DNA from: an uncultured Acidobacteriota bacterium
GTDB taxonomy: Bacteria; Acidobacteriota; Thermoanaerobaculia; Multivoradales; UBA5704
DNA length: 64,000 bases
Direction: 5' to 3'
Assembly: GCA_963770895.1 (NCBI GenBank)
Contig: CAVYRF010000001.1
Coordinates: 1,920,001 to 1,984,000 of the forward strand
Below the pieces are notes generated by a model that did not search any database, was not told where the DNA came from, and saw only the letters and a program-made list of their open reading frames with translations. Of the stretch, positions 37,783-45,746 are shown piece by piece. Positions within the stretch are counted from its first letter, which is position 1; each line of letters opens with the position of its first letter. The translations under genes were made by a program, and so were the position numbers.

Positions 37783-40151
37783 CAGAGCAGTCCCAGCAGG
37801 AAGATGGCGCCGTGCGACGCCACGCGGTCGCCGGGCGCCAGGCCGGTCAGGATCGGCACGCGGCTGCCCGCCAGCTCCTCGCGCGCCACGACGGCGCGGC
37901 GGCGGAAGACGACGCGGCCGTCCGGCGTCGCGCCGCCGGCGACGAAGACGACAGTCTGCTCGCCCTGCCGCAGCAGCGCTTCGCGCGGCACCGTCGGGGT
38001 GCGCCGCGAGGGCGCCGCCAGGCGCGCCATGCCGTACATCTCGGGGGCGAGCAGATGGCCGGGGTTCTGCAGCACGCAGCGCACCCTGGCCGTGCGCGCC
38101 ACCGGGTCCAGGACGTCCGAGATCCAGTCGACGGTGCCGTGGAACTCCCGGCCGGGCCACGCCGCCACCTGCAGCGCCACCGGGTCGCCGACCTTGACGT
38201 GCGGCAGGTCCATCTCGAAGACGTCGCCCAGCAGCCATAGCTCGCCCGCGTCGCCGATGGTGAACAGCTCGACCACGTTGCCGCCGCCGCCGTACTGGCC
38301 CTGCACCTCGAGCCCCGGCGTCGCCAGCCGCGCCGTCACCAGGCCGGCGATCGGGCTGCGCAGGACGAACTGCTGCGACACCCCGGCATCGGCGGCATCG
38401 GCGGCAGCGGTGGCACCGGCAGCCGCGGCGGCACCGGCCGTCGCGCCGCCCTCCGCGGCCTGGGCGGCCGTCGCGCCGCCGGCGCGCAGCAGGCGCGTGC
38501 GCTGCCGGGCGCGGTCGTACTCGGCCCTGGCGCGCAGCAGGTTGTCCTCGGCCGCCTCCAGGTCGCGCTGCACGCCCACCTTGAGCGCCGCGAGCTCGCG
38601 CTGGCGGCGCGCCTCGTGCTCGGCGGCGTCCAGGTCGGCCCGAGCTTTGAGCGTGTCGGCGAAGGCGCTGCCCAGCTCCGGCGACTCGATGACGGCGAGC
38701 GGCGCCCCCCTGGCGACGAGCTGGCCCGGCGCCGCGATCACCTTGGTGATGCGGCCCCCGACCGGCGGAAAGACGTGCGCCACGCGCAGCTCGTCGAAGG
38801 CCAGCCGGCCGCCGATGTCGAGCAGGTCGTCGACCGGCTGGAGCTCGACCGGCGCGATCGCCACCCTGCCGCTGCGCACCTGCTCGCCGCTGACCTCGAC
38901 TTCGCGCTCGGCGGCGCTCGGCGGCGACGCCGCCAGCTGGGCGTCCTCCACCAGCACGCGTTCGCCGTCGGACAAACCGCCCAGCACCTGCACCTGGTCG
39001 CTCGGCGGCACGAGCGGCAGCAGCGCCTGGCTTGCCGCGGCCGGCTGCTGGCGCGACACCGCCCCCGCCGCCGTGGGCGTCTCGATCTTGCGGCGCCGGA
39101 ACACCACCCTGCCGTCGGGCCGCCGCCCGGCCAGCACCCAGGCGAACGATTGATCGCGGATGCGCGCCACCGCCGCGCGCGGCACGGCGAGGGCGCGCAG
39201 CGCCGGCCGCTCGATCGCCACGGCGGCGAACATCTGCGGCTTGAGCAGCCCCGCGGGATTGCGCAGCGCGCACCGCACGCGCGCCGTGCGCAGCGCCGGG
39301 TCGAGCGCCGGCGACACCCAATCGATCTGCCCGGTGAAGACGCGATCGGGCCACGCCAGGACGCGCGCCGCGACGGCCGCGCCCGGCCGCACCGCCGGCA
39401 GGTCCGCCTCGGCGACGTCGGCGTACAGCCACACCGTGTCGATGCTGCCGATGGTGAACAGCTCGACCGCGGTGCCGCCCGAGAACTGCCCCGCGATCTC
39501 GACGCCAGGGTTGACCGAGCGCGCGATGACCCGCCCGGCGATCTGGCTGGTGAGCTGATACGCCTGGGTCACCGCGTCCACCCTGCCGCGCTGCAGCAAG
39601 GTGATGCGCTGCCGCGCCCGCTCCTCCTCGGCCTTGGCGCGCAGATAGGTATCCTGAGCGCTCTCGTAGTCGCGCTCGGCGGCGGCGTTGACCGCCAGCA
39701 GCTTTTTCTGCCGCACCCCGTCGTGCTCGGCGGCCGCCAGGTCGGCGCGCGCCTTCACTTCGTCGGACAGCGCGCTGCCGACGTCGGGCGAAACGATCTC
39801 GGCGAGCGGCGTGCCGCGCGCGACCTGCTGGCCGAGCCGCACCAGGATGCGCGTCACGCGGCCGGACACCGGCGAGAACACGTGCGTCACGCGCGCATCG
39901 TCGAAGTCGATGCGCCCGCCCAGGATCAGCGCCTGCGGCAGCTCCGTGGTGCGCGCCGGGGCGACGTGCGCGGTACCCTGGGCCAGCCGCTCGGGGGCGA
40001 TCCACAGCTGGTCGTCCGGCGGTGTCAGCGTCGGCGACCGCGTCGCGGCCGTCTGCTGGCTGCGCGCGGCGATGCCCATCGCCGCGCCGGCGACGCCGGC
40101 GGTCAGCGCGGAGGCGGTGAGAAGTACGACGCTCCATCGTTTGCGGCGCAT
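37782..40151 (-). CDS. RND periplasmic adaptor with two tandem MFP modules (789 aa)
   Basis: Internal duplication: GRIDFDDARVTHVFSPVSGRV..ELFTIG..LDPALRTARVRC versus GRLAFDELRVAHVFPPVGGRI..ELFTIG..LDPVARTARVRC. Confidence 0.9.
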   Translation of the reverse strand: MRRKRWSVVLLTASALTAGVAGAAMGIAARSQQTAATRSPTLTPPDDQLWIAPERLAQGTAHVAPARTTELPQALILGGRIDFDDARVTHVFSPVSGRVTRILVRLGQQVARGTPLAEIVSPDVGSALSDEVKARADLAAAEHDGVRQKKLLAVNAAAERDYESAQDTYLRAKAEEERARQRITLLQRGRVDAVTQAYQLTSQIAGRVIARSVNPGVEIAGQFSGGTAVELFTIGSIDTVWLYADVAEADLPAVRPGAAVAARVLAWPDRVFTGQIDWVSPALDPALRTARVRCALRNPAGLLKPQMFAAVAIERPALRALAVPRAAVARIRDQSFAWVLAGRRPDGRVVFRRRKIETPTAAGAVSRQQPAAASQALLPLVPPSDQVQVLGGLSDGERVLVEDAQLAASPPSAAEREVEVSGEQVRSGRVAIAPVELQPVDDLLDIGGRLAFDELRVAHVFPPVGGRITKVIAAPGQLVARGAPLAVIESPELGSAFADTLKARADLDAAEHEARRQRELAALKVGVQRDLEAAEDNLLRARAEYDRARQRTRLLRAGGATAAQAAEGGATAGAAAAAGATAAADAADAGVSQQFVLRSPIAGLVTARLATPGLEVQGQYGGGGNVVELFTIGDAGELWLLGDVFEMDLPHVKVGDPVALQVAAWPGREFHGTVDWISDVLDPVARTARVRCVLQNPGHLLAPEMYGMARLAAPSRRTPTVPREALLRQGEQTVVFVAGGATPDGRVVFRRRAVVAREELAGSRVPILTGLAPGDRVASHGAIFLLGLL

Positions 40152-40155
40152 GGCG

Positions 40156-41493
40156 TCACTCCGAAAGCGGGAAGGGGCTGGCTTCGCCCGTGGCCTGGCG
40201 CAGCTGCGCCACCGCCGTCCAGTAGTTGGCGAGGTCCTGGCGGCGCTCGACGTTGGTGGCGACCCAGGTGCGTTCGGCGTCCAGGAAGTCGAGCAGGCTG
40301 GCGGCGCCCTTTTCGTAGAGGATCTTTTCGGCGTCGCGCGCCGTCCTGGCATCGGCGAGCAGCTCCGCGTCCATGCGCTCGATCTGCCGCCGCGCGGCAG
40401 CCAGACCGGCGATGGCGGTCAGCAGGTCGGCGGCCACCTGGGTGTGCGCCTTGTCCTCCAGAGCCTGGGCGGCGGCCAGGTTGGCTTCGGCGCGCCGGAT
40501 CTCCCCCTGCTGGCGATCGAAGATCGGCAGCGGCAGCGACAGGCCGAAGGTGTAGTCGGGCGGCGACACCACGGTGGGCGGGCTGCTCGCCAGGTTGACC
40601 TGGGCGCTGTAGCCGGCCTGCAGCGTCAGGTCGGGCAGGCGCAGGCGGCGCGCCAGGGCCAGCGCCCGCTCCGCCTGCTCGCGGTTCGCCACCGCGGCGC
40701 GCAGGTCCGGGCGCTGCCCGGCGGCCGCGGCCAGCAGGGCCGGCAGGTCCTGGTCGCGGGGGTCGGGCGCCGCGGCAGCGCGGTAGGACAGGTCACCTTG
40801 CGGCGCCAGCGGCACGGCCGGGTCGCGGCGGCCCAGAAAGACCAGCAGGGCGGCGCGCTCCTGGTCGGTGGCGGCCCGCGCCTGCTCGACCGCCTGCTCG
40901 GCCTCGCCCTTTGCCGTCGCCACGCGCGCCACGTCGGCGACGCCGATGGCGCCCAGCTGGTAGCGCGCCTGGTTGAGCTTGAGGGTGTCCTGGTAGGTGG
41001 CCAGGACCTCTTCGGCGAAGCGCAGGTTGTCGCGCGCCAGGAGCGCGCCGATGAAAGCCGACTCCAGCTGGAAGCGCAGGTTGCGCAGCGCGTCGTCCTT
41101 GCCGGCGCGCGCCGCGCGCAGCGCCGCGGCCGCCACGTCGCGGCGCAGCAGCTTCTTGCCCGACAGCAGATCGGACAGGGCGGCGTTGTCGCTCACCCCC
41201 AGGTTGTAGCCGGGCGTGGTGGCGAACTGCGCCCGCGGCACCGCCTGGGCGTAGAGCGCACCGCCCGAAAGCGTCGGATTGGGCGAGGCGGATTGCGCCA
41301 CCAGGTCGCCTTCGGCGCCCAGCGCCGCGGCCTGGGCGACCAGCACGTCGAAGCCCCGTTCGGCCAGCAGGCGCTCGGCCTGCTGCAAGGTGATCGGATC
41401 GGCGGCGGGCGACGCGGCGGTGCCGCCGCCGCCGCCGGCGAGCAGGGCGTGCAGCGCCAGCAAGGCCAGCGCCGCCAGGGGAGCGTTCATCAC
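40156..41493 (-). CDS. TolC/CzcC-family outer membrane efflux protein
   Basis: Signal peptide, PNPTLS, RPDL, LPLPIFDRQQGEI, YEKGAASLLDFLDAER. Confidence 0.9.
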   Translation of the reverse strand: MMNAPLAALALLALHALLAGGGGGTAASPAADPITLQQAERLLAERGFDVLVAQAAALGAEGDLVAQSASPNPTLSGGALYAQAVPRAQFATTPGYNLGVSDNAALSDLLSGKKLLRRDVAAAALRAARAGKDDALRNLRFQLESAFIGALLARDNLRFAEEVLATYQDTLKLNQARYQLGAIGVADVARVATAKGEAEQAVEQARAATDQERAALLVFLGRRDPAVPLAPQGDLSYRAAAAPDPRDQDLPALLAAAAGQRPDLRAAVANREQAERALALARRLRLPDLTLQAGYSAQVNLASSPPTVVSPPDYTFGLSLPLPIFDRQQGEIRRAEANLAAAQALEDKAHTQVAADLLTAIAGLAAARRQIERMDAELLADARTARDAEKILYEKGAASLLDFLDAERTWVATNVERRQDLANYWTAVAQLRQATGEASPFPLSE

Positions 41494-41516
41494 GCCGCCA
41501 GGCTAGCAAGCGGCCG

Positions 41517-41565
41517 TTCAACGATGCACAAGGGTTGGGGGTGGGGGGATCAAGAACTCACAAGA
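41517..41565 (-). promoter_or_regulatory. Two tandem direct-repeat boxes upstream of the efflux operon promoter
   Basis: Minus strand TCTTGTGAGT-TCTTGAT and CCTTGTGCAT-CGTTGAA, half-sites 10 bp apart, boxes 32 bp apart; TGcTAGCCT -10 downstream. Confidence 0.45.
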
Positions 41566-41628
41566 TCTGCGCCCGGCGGCCCGGCGCCCGGCGGCCGCTG
41601 CGGGGCCGCCGATCGCCCGCATCGCGCA

Positions 41629-43692
41629 TCAGTGCGTGTACTGGACGCCCAGGCGCAAGGCAGGACCGGCGCCGGGGAAGCCGACCAGCACCTGGTAGCG
41701 GCGGTCGGCCAGGTTGTCGACGCGCGCCCGCAGCTGCCAGGCGCCGGCGACCTGCCAGGTGGCGCCGGCGCCGAGCAGCTGATAGCTGGCGACCGAGGTG
41801 CGGTCGGGGACCGGGATCTCGGTGTCGAGGTAGCGCGAAACCCCCTGCGTGTCGAGCCGCAATCCGAGCCGCGAGGTGGCCTGAAAGTCCACGTGGGCGC
41901 CGCCGATCCAGCGCGGCCGGTGGAGCAGGGGGGCGTCGCCGGCGGTCAGGTCGGTGACCTCCTGGCAGGTGGCGTTGAGCGCCGCGGTCAGTCGGGTTGC
42001 CGGGCGCCAATCCAGGCTCAGCTCGCCGCCGCGGGCTTCGACCGCGGAGCGGTTGACGTGCAGGAACTGCTGGAAGTCGAAGTCGATCAGGTCGCGGAAG
42101 TGGTCGTAAAAGAGCGTCCCGTCCAGCGTCAGGTGCGCCGCCGCGAAGCGGTGCTCGACGCCGGCGTCGCCGCCGGTGCCGATCTCGGGGCGCAGGTTGG
42201 GGTTGCCGCCGAGCGCCCGCGGGCTGGCCAGGGCAAAGAAGCTGGGCAGCTTGAAGGCCCTGCCGGCGGACGCGTGCAGGCGGGTATCGCTGGCGCCCAG
42301 CTGCCAGTTGAGGCCCAGCCGGGGGTCCAGCTCGACGCGGTCGCCGCCGGTGCCGGGGCCGGTCACCCGGTCCAGCCGGCCGCCCAGCTCGGCGGTGAAC
42401 GCGCGCTGTTGCCACAGCGCCTCGGTGAAGGCGCCGATGAGATTCCGCGTGATGTGGTAGGTGCCGTCGACGTTGCCCTCGAACGGCACGTCGAGCAGCA
42501 GGCTGTGGTTGTCGCCCTGCTGCTGGCCGACGTCCACGCCGCCGCTCCATTGCAGGTGGTCGCCGGCGTAGAGCGTGCCGTTGCCGCCGGCGCGCAGCTG
42601 GGTGAAGACGGTGTTCTGGGTCGAGGCGGGCACCTGGTCGAGCACCGCCGGGCTGGCCTGGTCCAGGTCGTGGCGGTAGAGCGAAGCGCTCAGCCGGCTG
42701 GGGTGGTCGCCGCCGTCCAGGTCGAGCTCGGCGGCCAGGCTCTCCTCGGTGTGATCCGACTGGCGCAGCAGGCCGTCGCCGTACAGCGGTCCGCCCGACG
42801 CGTCGGGGTAGTCGTCGGCGTGCCACCGCGCGTAGCGGCCGTTGACGCGCACGCCGGCCTGGTCGGCCACCGGCTGGCTGGTGTTGCCGTAGAGGTTGAG
42901 CTGGCGGAAGTCGTCCTGCGCCACGCGGTGGCTCTCCTCTTCCCAGCCGCCGCCGAGCAGGAAGGCGCCCGCACCCAGGCCGCCGCCGACCGAGCCGTGG
43001 GTCTGGCGCAACGACCCGTTGCCGGCCGCCGCCGCCAGCTGCGCCGCGATGGGGCCGGGCCGGCCCTGGCGGGTGATGACGTTGACCACCCCCGACAGGC
43101 CGCTGGAGCCGAAGAACGACGACAGCGGCCCGCGCACCACTTCGATGCGCTCCACCTGGTCGGCGGGGACCCCTTCCAGGTTGAACACGTCGCCGTCTTC
43201 GTTGGTGGGGTCGGTGACCGGCACGCCGTCGATCATCACCAGCGATTTTTCGTCGCCGCCGCGGATCTCGGCCAGCGTCTGGCCGCCGCGGGCGCCGTTG
43301 GTCAGGATGTCCACACCCGGAATGAAGCGCAGCAGCTCGCCGATGGTGCGCGCCCCCGACCGCTCCACGTCCTGGCGGTCGAGCACCGTGACCGACCCGG
43401 TCGCCGAGTCGAGCGGCCGCGCCTGCACCGTCGCCGTCTCGTAAAACGACGCGGGCGGCTCGGCGCCCGGCGGGCCGCCGTCGGCGCCGGCGCCGGACGC
43501 CGGCGCCGGTGCTGTCGGTGGGGATGTTGGCGTTGCGGGCGCCGCCGGGCCTGGTGTCGCCGGGCTGGGTGCCGTAGCTGCAGGCTGGGGTGGTGGTTCC
43601 TGCGCCGCCGTCCAGGCGCCGGGCGCAGCCACGGCGGCGACCAGGCATACCCCAACCGCGGCTCGTCCCACGAGGTTCCGATGGTGGCTCAT
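41629..43692 (-). CDS. TonB-dependent receptor (BtuB-like)
   Basis: Signal peptide, TonB-box-like ETATVQA, plug IRGG..VMIDGVP..ERIEVVRGP.S..G..GVVNVIT, NPNLRPE, DNLADRRY. Confidence 0.9.
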   Translation of the reverse strand: MSHHRNLVGRAAVGVCLVAAVAAPGAWTAAQEPPPQPAATAPSPATPGPAAPATPTSPPTAPAPASGAGADGGPPGAEPPASFYETATVQARPLDSATGSVTVLDRQDVERSGARTIGELLRFIPGVDILTNGARGGQTLAEIRGGDEKSLVMIDGVPVTDPTNEDGDVFNLEGVPADQVERIEVVRGPLSSFFGSSGLSGVVNVITRQGRPGPIAAQLAAAAGNGSLRQTHGSVGGGLGAGAFLLGGGWEEESHRVAQDDFRQLNLYGNTSQPVADQAGVRVNGRYARWHADDYPDASGGPLYGDGLLRQSDHTEESLAAELDLDGGDHPSRLSASLYRHDLDQASPAVLDQVPASTQNTVFTQLRAGGNGTLYAGDHLQWSGGVDVGQQQGDNHSLLLDVPFEGNVDGTYHITRNLIGAFTEALWQQRAFTAELGGRLDRVTGPGTGGDRVELDPRLGLNWQLGASDTRLHASAGRAFKLPSFFALASPRALGGNPNLRPEIGTGGDAGVEHRFAAAHLTLDGTLFYDHFRDLIDFDFQQFLHVNRSAVEARGGELSLDWRPATRLTAALNATCQEVTDLTAGDAPLLHRPRWIGGAHVDFQATSRLGLRLDTQGVSRYLDTEIPVPDRTSVASYQLLGAGATWQVAGAWQLRARVDNLADRRYQVLVGFPGAGPALRLGVQYTH

Positions 43693-43724
43693 CGGATCGC
43701 ATCGTAGCAGTTGCGTGCGCTGTT

Positions 43725-44468
43725 CTACTGCGGCCAGCCGGCCTCGATCTCGGAGTGCCAGCCCGGCGCCGGGCGCGCCATGCGGTCGATGCCATGGAAC
43801 TTGGCCGCGTCGCGCCGCCATGGGTCGATGGTGCCGACGACGCTGCCGCCGGTGAAACCCGGATGGGCGCGATCGGGCAGGTAGCCATAGCAGCTCAGGC
43901 GGATGGACAGCTCGTCGGGGCTGGCCTGCCGCAGCTGGTCGAGCAGCGGCGAAGAGCTGGCCTGCCAGATCAGGTCTTCGAGCACCGATTGCAAGGCCCC
44001 GCCCGAGCCGGTGTCGGTGTTCACCTGCGCCGGCACGCGGCCGATCCACAGGTTGAGCAGCGTCGCACGGTCCATGAAGTGGGCGTCGAGCATCGTCAAG
44101 GCAGGCTGATCGCCATCGGCGGGCAGCACCTCCGTCATCAGGCGCAGATAGAGGCCGTAGAGCCGGGTGCGTCCGTGCTGCAGCGTGTCCAGGTCCGCCA
44201 TCCCTGCCGCCGCCAGCTGGCCGCCTGGAATGTAGCTCTGCACGGTCGCGCCGAGCAGTGGGTCGCCTTTGCGGAAGAGCTTGCCGCTGCTGTCCAGGAA
44301 GCTGGTCACCCGCGCCGAGATCGTCCAGGCATGCGAACCGTAAGGGTTCCACGCCAGATCCCTGGGCTTCGCGCCGGCCTCGCATTGCTGGGCGCCGCGG
44401 TCGACGATTGAGGGGGCGGCGGTCAGCGCGCCGGCGAAGTGCAGCCGAGGGGCGTCGAGGTAGCTCAT
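43725..44468 (-). CDS. Protein resembling the N-terminal region of VioB-like proteins (stand-alone, 247 aa)
   Basis: GAGGTG RBS; MSYLDAPRLHFAG, WNPYG, DPLLG, DLD, QSVL..L.W, FTGG.VVGTI. Confidence 0.55.
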   Translation of the reverse strand: MSYLDAPRLHFAGALTAAPSIVDRGAQQCEAGAKPRDLAWNPYGSHAWTISARVTSFLDSSGKLFRKGDPLLGATVQSYIPGGQLAAAGMADLDTLQHGRTRLYGLYLRLMTEVLPADGDQPALTMLDAHFMDRATLLNLWIGRVPAQVNTDTGSGGALQSVLEDLIWQASSSPLLDQLRQASPDELSIRLSCYGYLPDRAHPGFTGGSVVGTIDPWRRDAAKFHGIDRMARPAPGWHSEIEAGWPQ

Positions 44469-44629
44469 CGCATTCACCTCTTCGCGTTCTTGAGACATTT
44501 ACGAGAACGCAAAAATTGCAGTGAAGCTAAAAGTACTCCTGCCGGCGCTCACCGTCAACCCCTACCGGGTATCTGAGATGAACTGCCGCGTCCTCGTCCT
44601 GTGTCCTCTTGCGGTAAGCTGTCGCCTCG

Positions 44630-45598
44630 ATGAGTGGCATGGGCGCTGCCGGCACCGGCACCGTGTGCATCACCGGAGGAGCCGGATTCATCGGCTCCCA
44701 CCTGGCCGATGCCTTTGCCGCCGCCGGCCGCCGGGTGGTGGTGCTCGACGACCTGTCCAGCGGCAGGCGCGACAACGTTCCGGAGGCGGCCGAGCTGGTG
44801 GTGGCCGACATCCGCTCCCGCGCCGCGGCGGAGCGGCTGGGGCGCGGCGACGTCGATCTGCTGATCCATCACGCCGCGCAGATGGACGTGCGGCGCTCGG
44901 TTTCCGATCCGGTCTTCGACGCCGACGTCAACGTGGTGGGCAGCCTCAACCTGCTGGAAGCCGCCCGGCGCGCCGGCGTGCGCCAGGTGCTGTTCGCCTC
45001 GACCGGCGGCGCCATCTACGGCGAGCAGGACGTCTTCCCAGCCGCCGAAGACCACCCGGCGCGGCCGGTTTCCCCTTACGGCGTCGCCAAGCTCGCCCTG
45101 GAAAAGTACCTCTACTACTACCACGTCGAGCACGCCCTCAACGTCACCTGCCTGCGCTACTCCAACGTCTACGGCGAGCGCCAGAGCGCCCAGGGCGAAG
45201 CCGGCGTCGTGGCGATCTTCCTCGACCGCCTGCTGGCCGGCGAACCCCCCACCATCAACGGCGACGGCCTGCAGACCCGCGACTACGTCCACGTCTCCGA
45301 CGTCGTCGCCGCCAACCTCGCCGCCGCCGGCCGCCCCGGCTTCCACATCTACAACGTCGGCACCGGCGTCGAAACCTCGGTCGTCGACCTCTGCCGCCTC
45401 CTCACCCAAGCCGCCGGCAGCACCCTCGCCCCCCGCCACGCCCCCGCCAAACCCGGCGAGCAGCGCCGCTCCGCCGTCGACGCCACCCGCGGCCGCCGCG
45501 ACCTGAACCTGCCCCAGCCCCTCCCCCTGGCCGAAGGCCTCGCCCGCACCACCGCCTGGTTCGCCACCCGCGCCCCCGTCCCCACCACCCGCGCCTGA
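44630..45598 (+). CDS. NAD-dependent epimerase/dehydratase (UDP-glucose 4-epimerase-like)
   Basis: ITGGAGFIGSH, STGGAIYG, YGVAK (YxxxK), LRYSNVYG, TRDYVHV. Confidence 0.93.
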   Translation: MSGMGAAGTGTVCITGGAGFIGSHLADAFAAAGRRVVVLDDLSSGRRDNVPEAAELVVADIRSRAAAERLGRGDVDLLIHHAAQMDVRRSVSDPVFDADVNVVGSLNLLEAARRAGVRQVLFASTGGAIYGEQDVFPAAEDHPARPVSPYGVAKLALEKYLYYYHVEHALNVTCLRYSNVYGERQSAQGEAGVVAIFLDRLLAGEPPTINGDGLQTRDYVHVSDVVAANLAAAGRPGFHIYNVGTGVETSVVDLCRLLTQAAGSTLAPRHAPAKPGEQRRSAVDATRGRRDLNLPQPLPLAEGLARTTAWFATRAPVPTTRA

Positions 45599-45746
45599 CC
45601 CGACTGACGGACAAGGCGCGATACCGGCGCCGCGGCACAGCGAACGACCGGTGGTGCGGCGACCGCATCCTGACAACCGCCGGCGGTCAAGCGCCTTGCG
45701 CCGGTCGGCGGCTGTGGGCCGGCCTTTTCCCTGATTCGCTGGGGAT

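Noticed and set aside
43693-44629. Cobalamin riboswitch upstream of the BtuB-like receptor
   Set aside because: Only 32 bp precede the receptor gene and no B12-box motifs are recognisable further upstream
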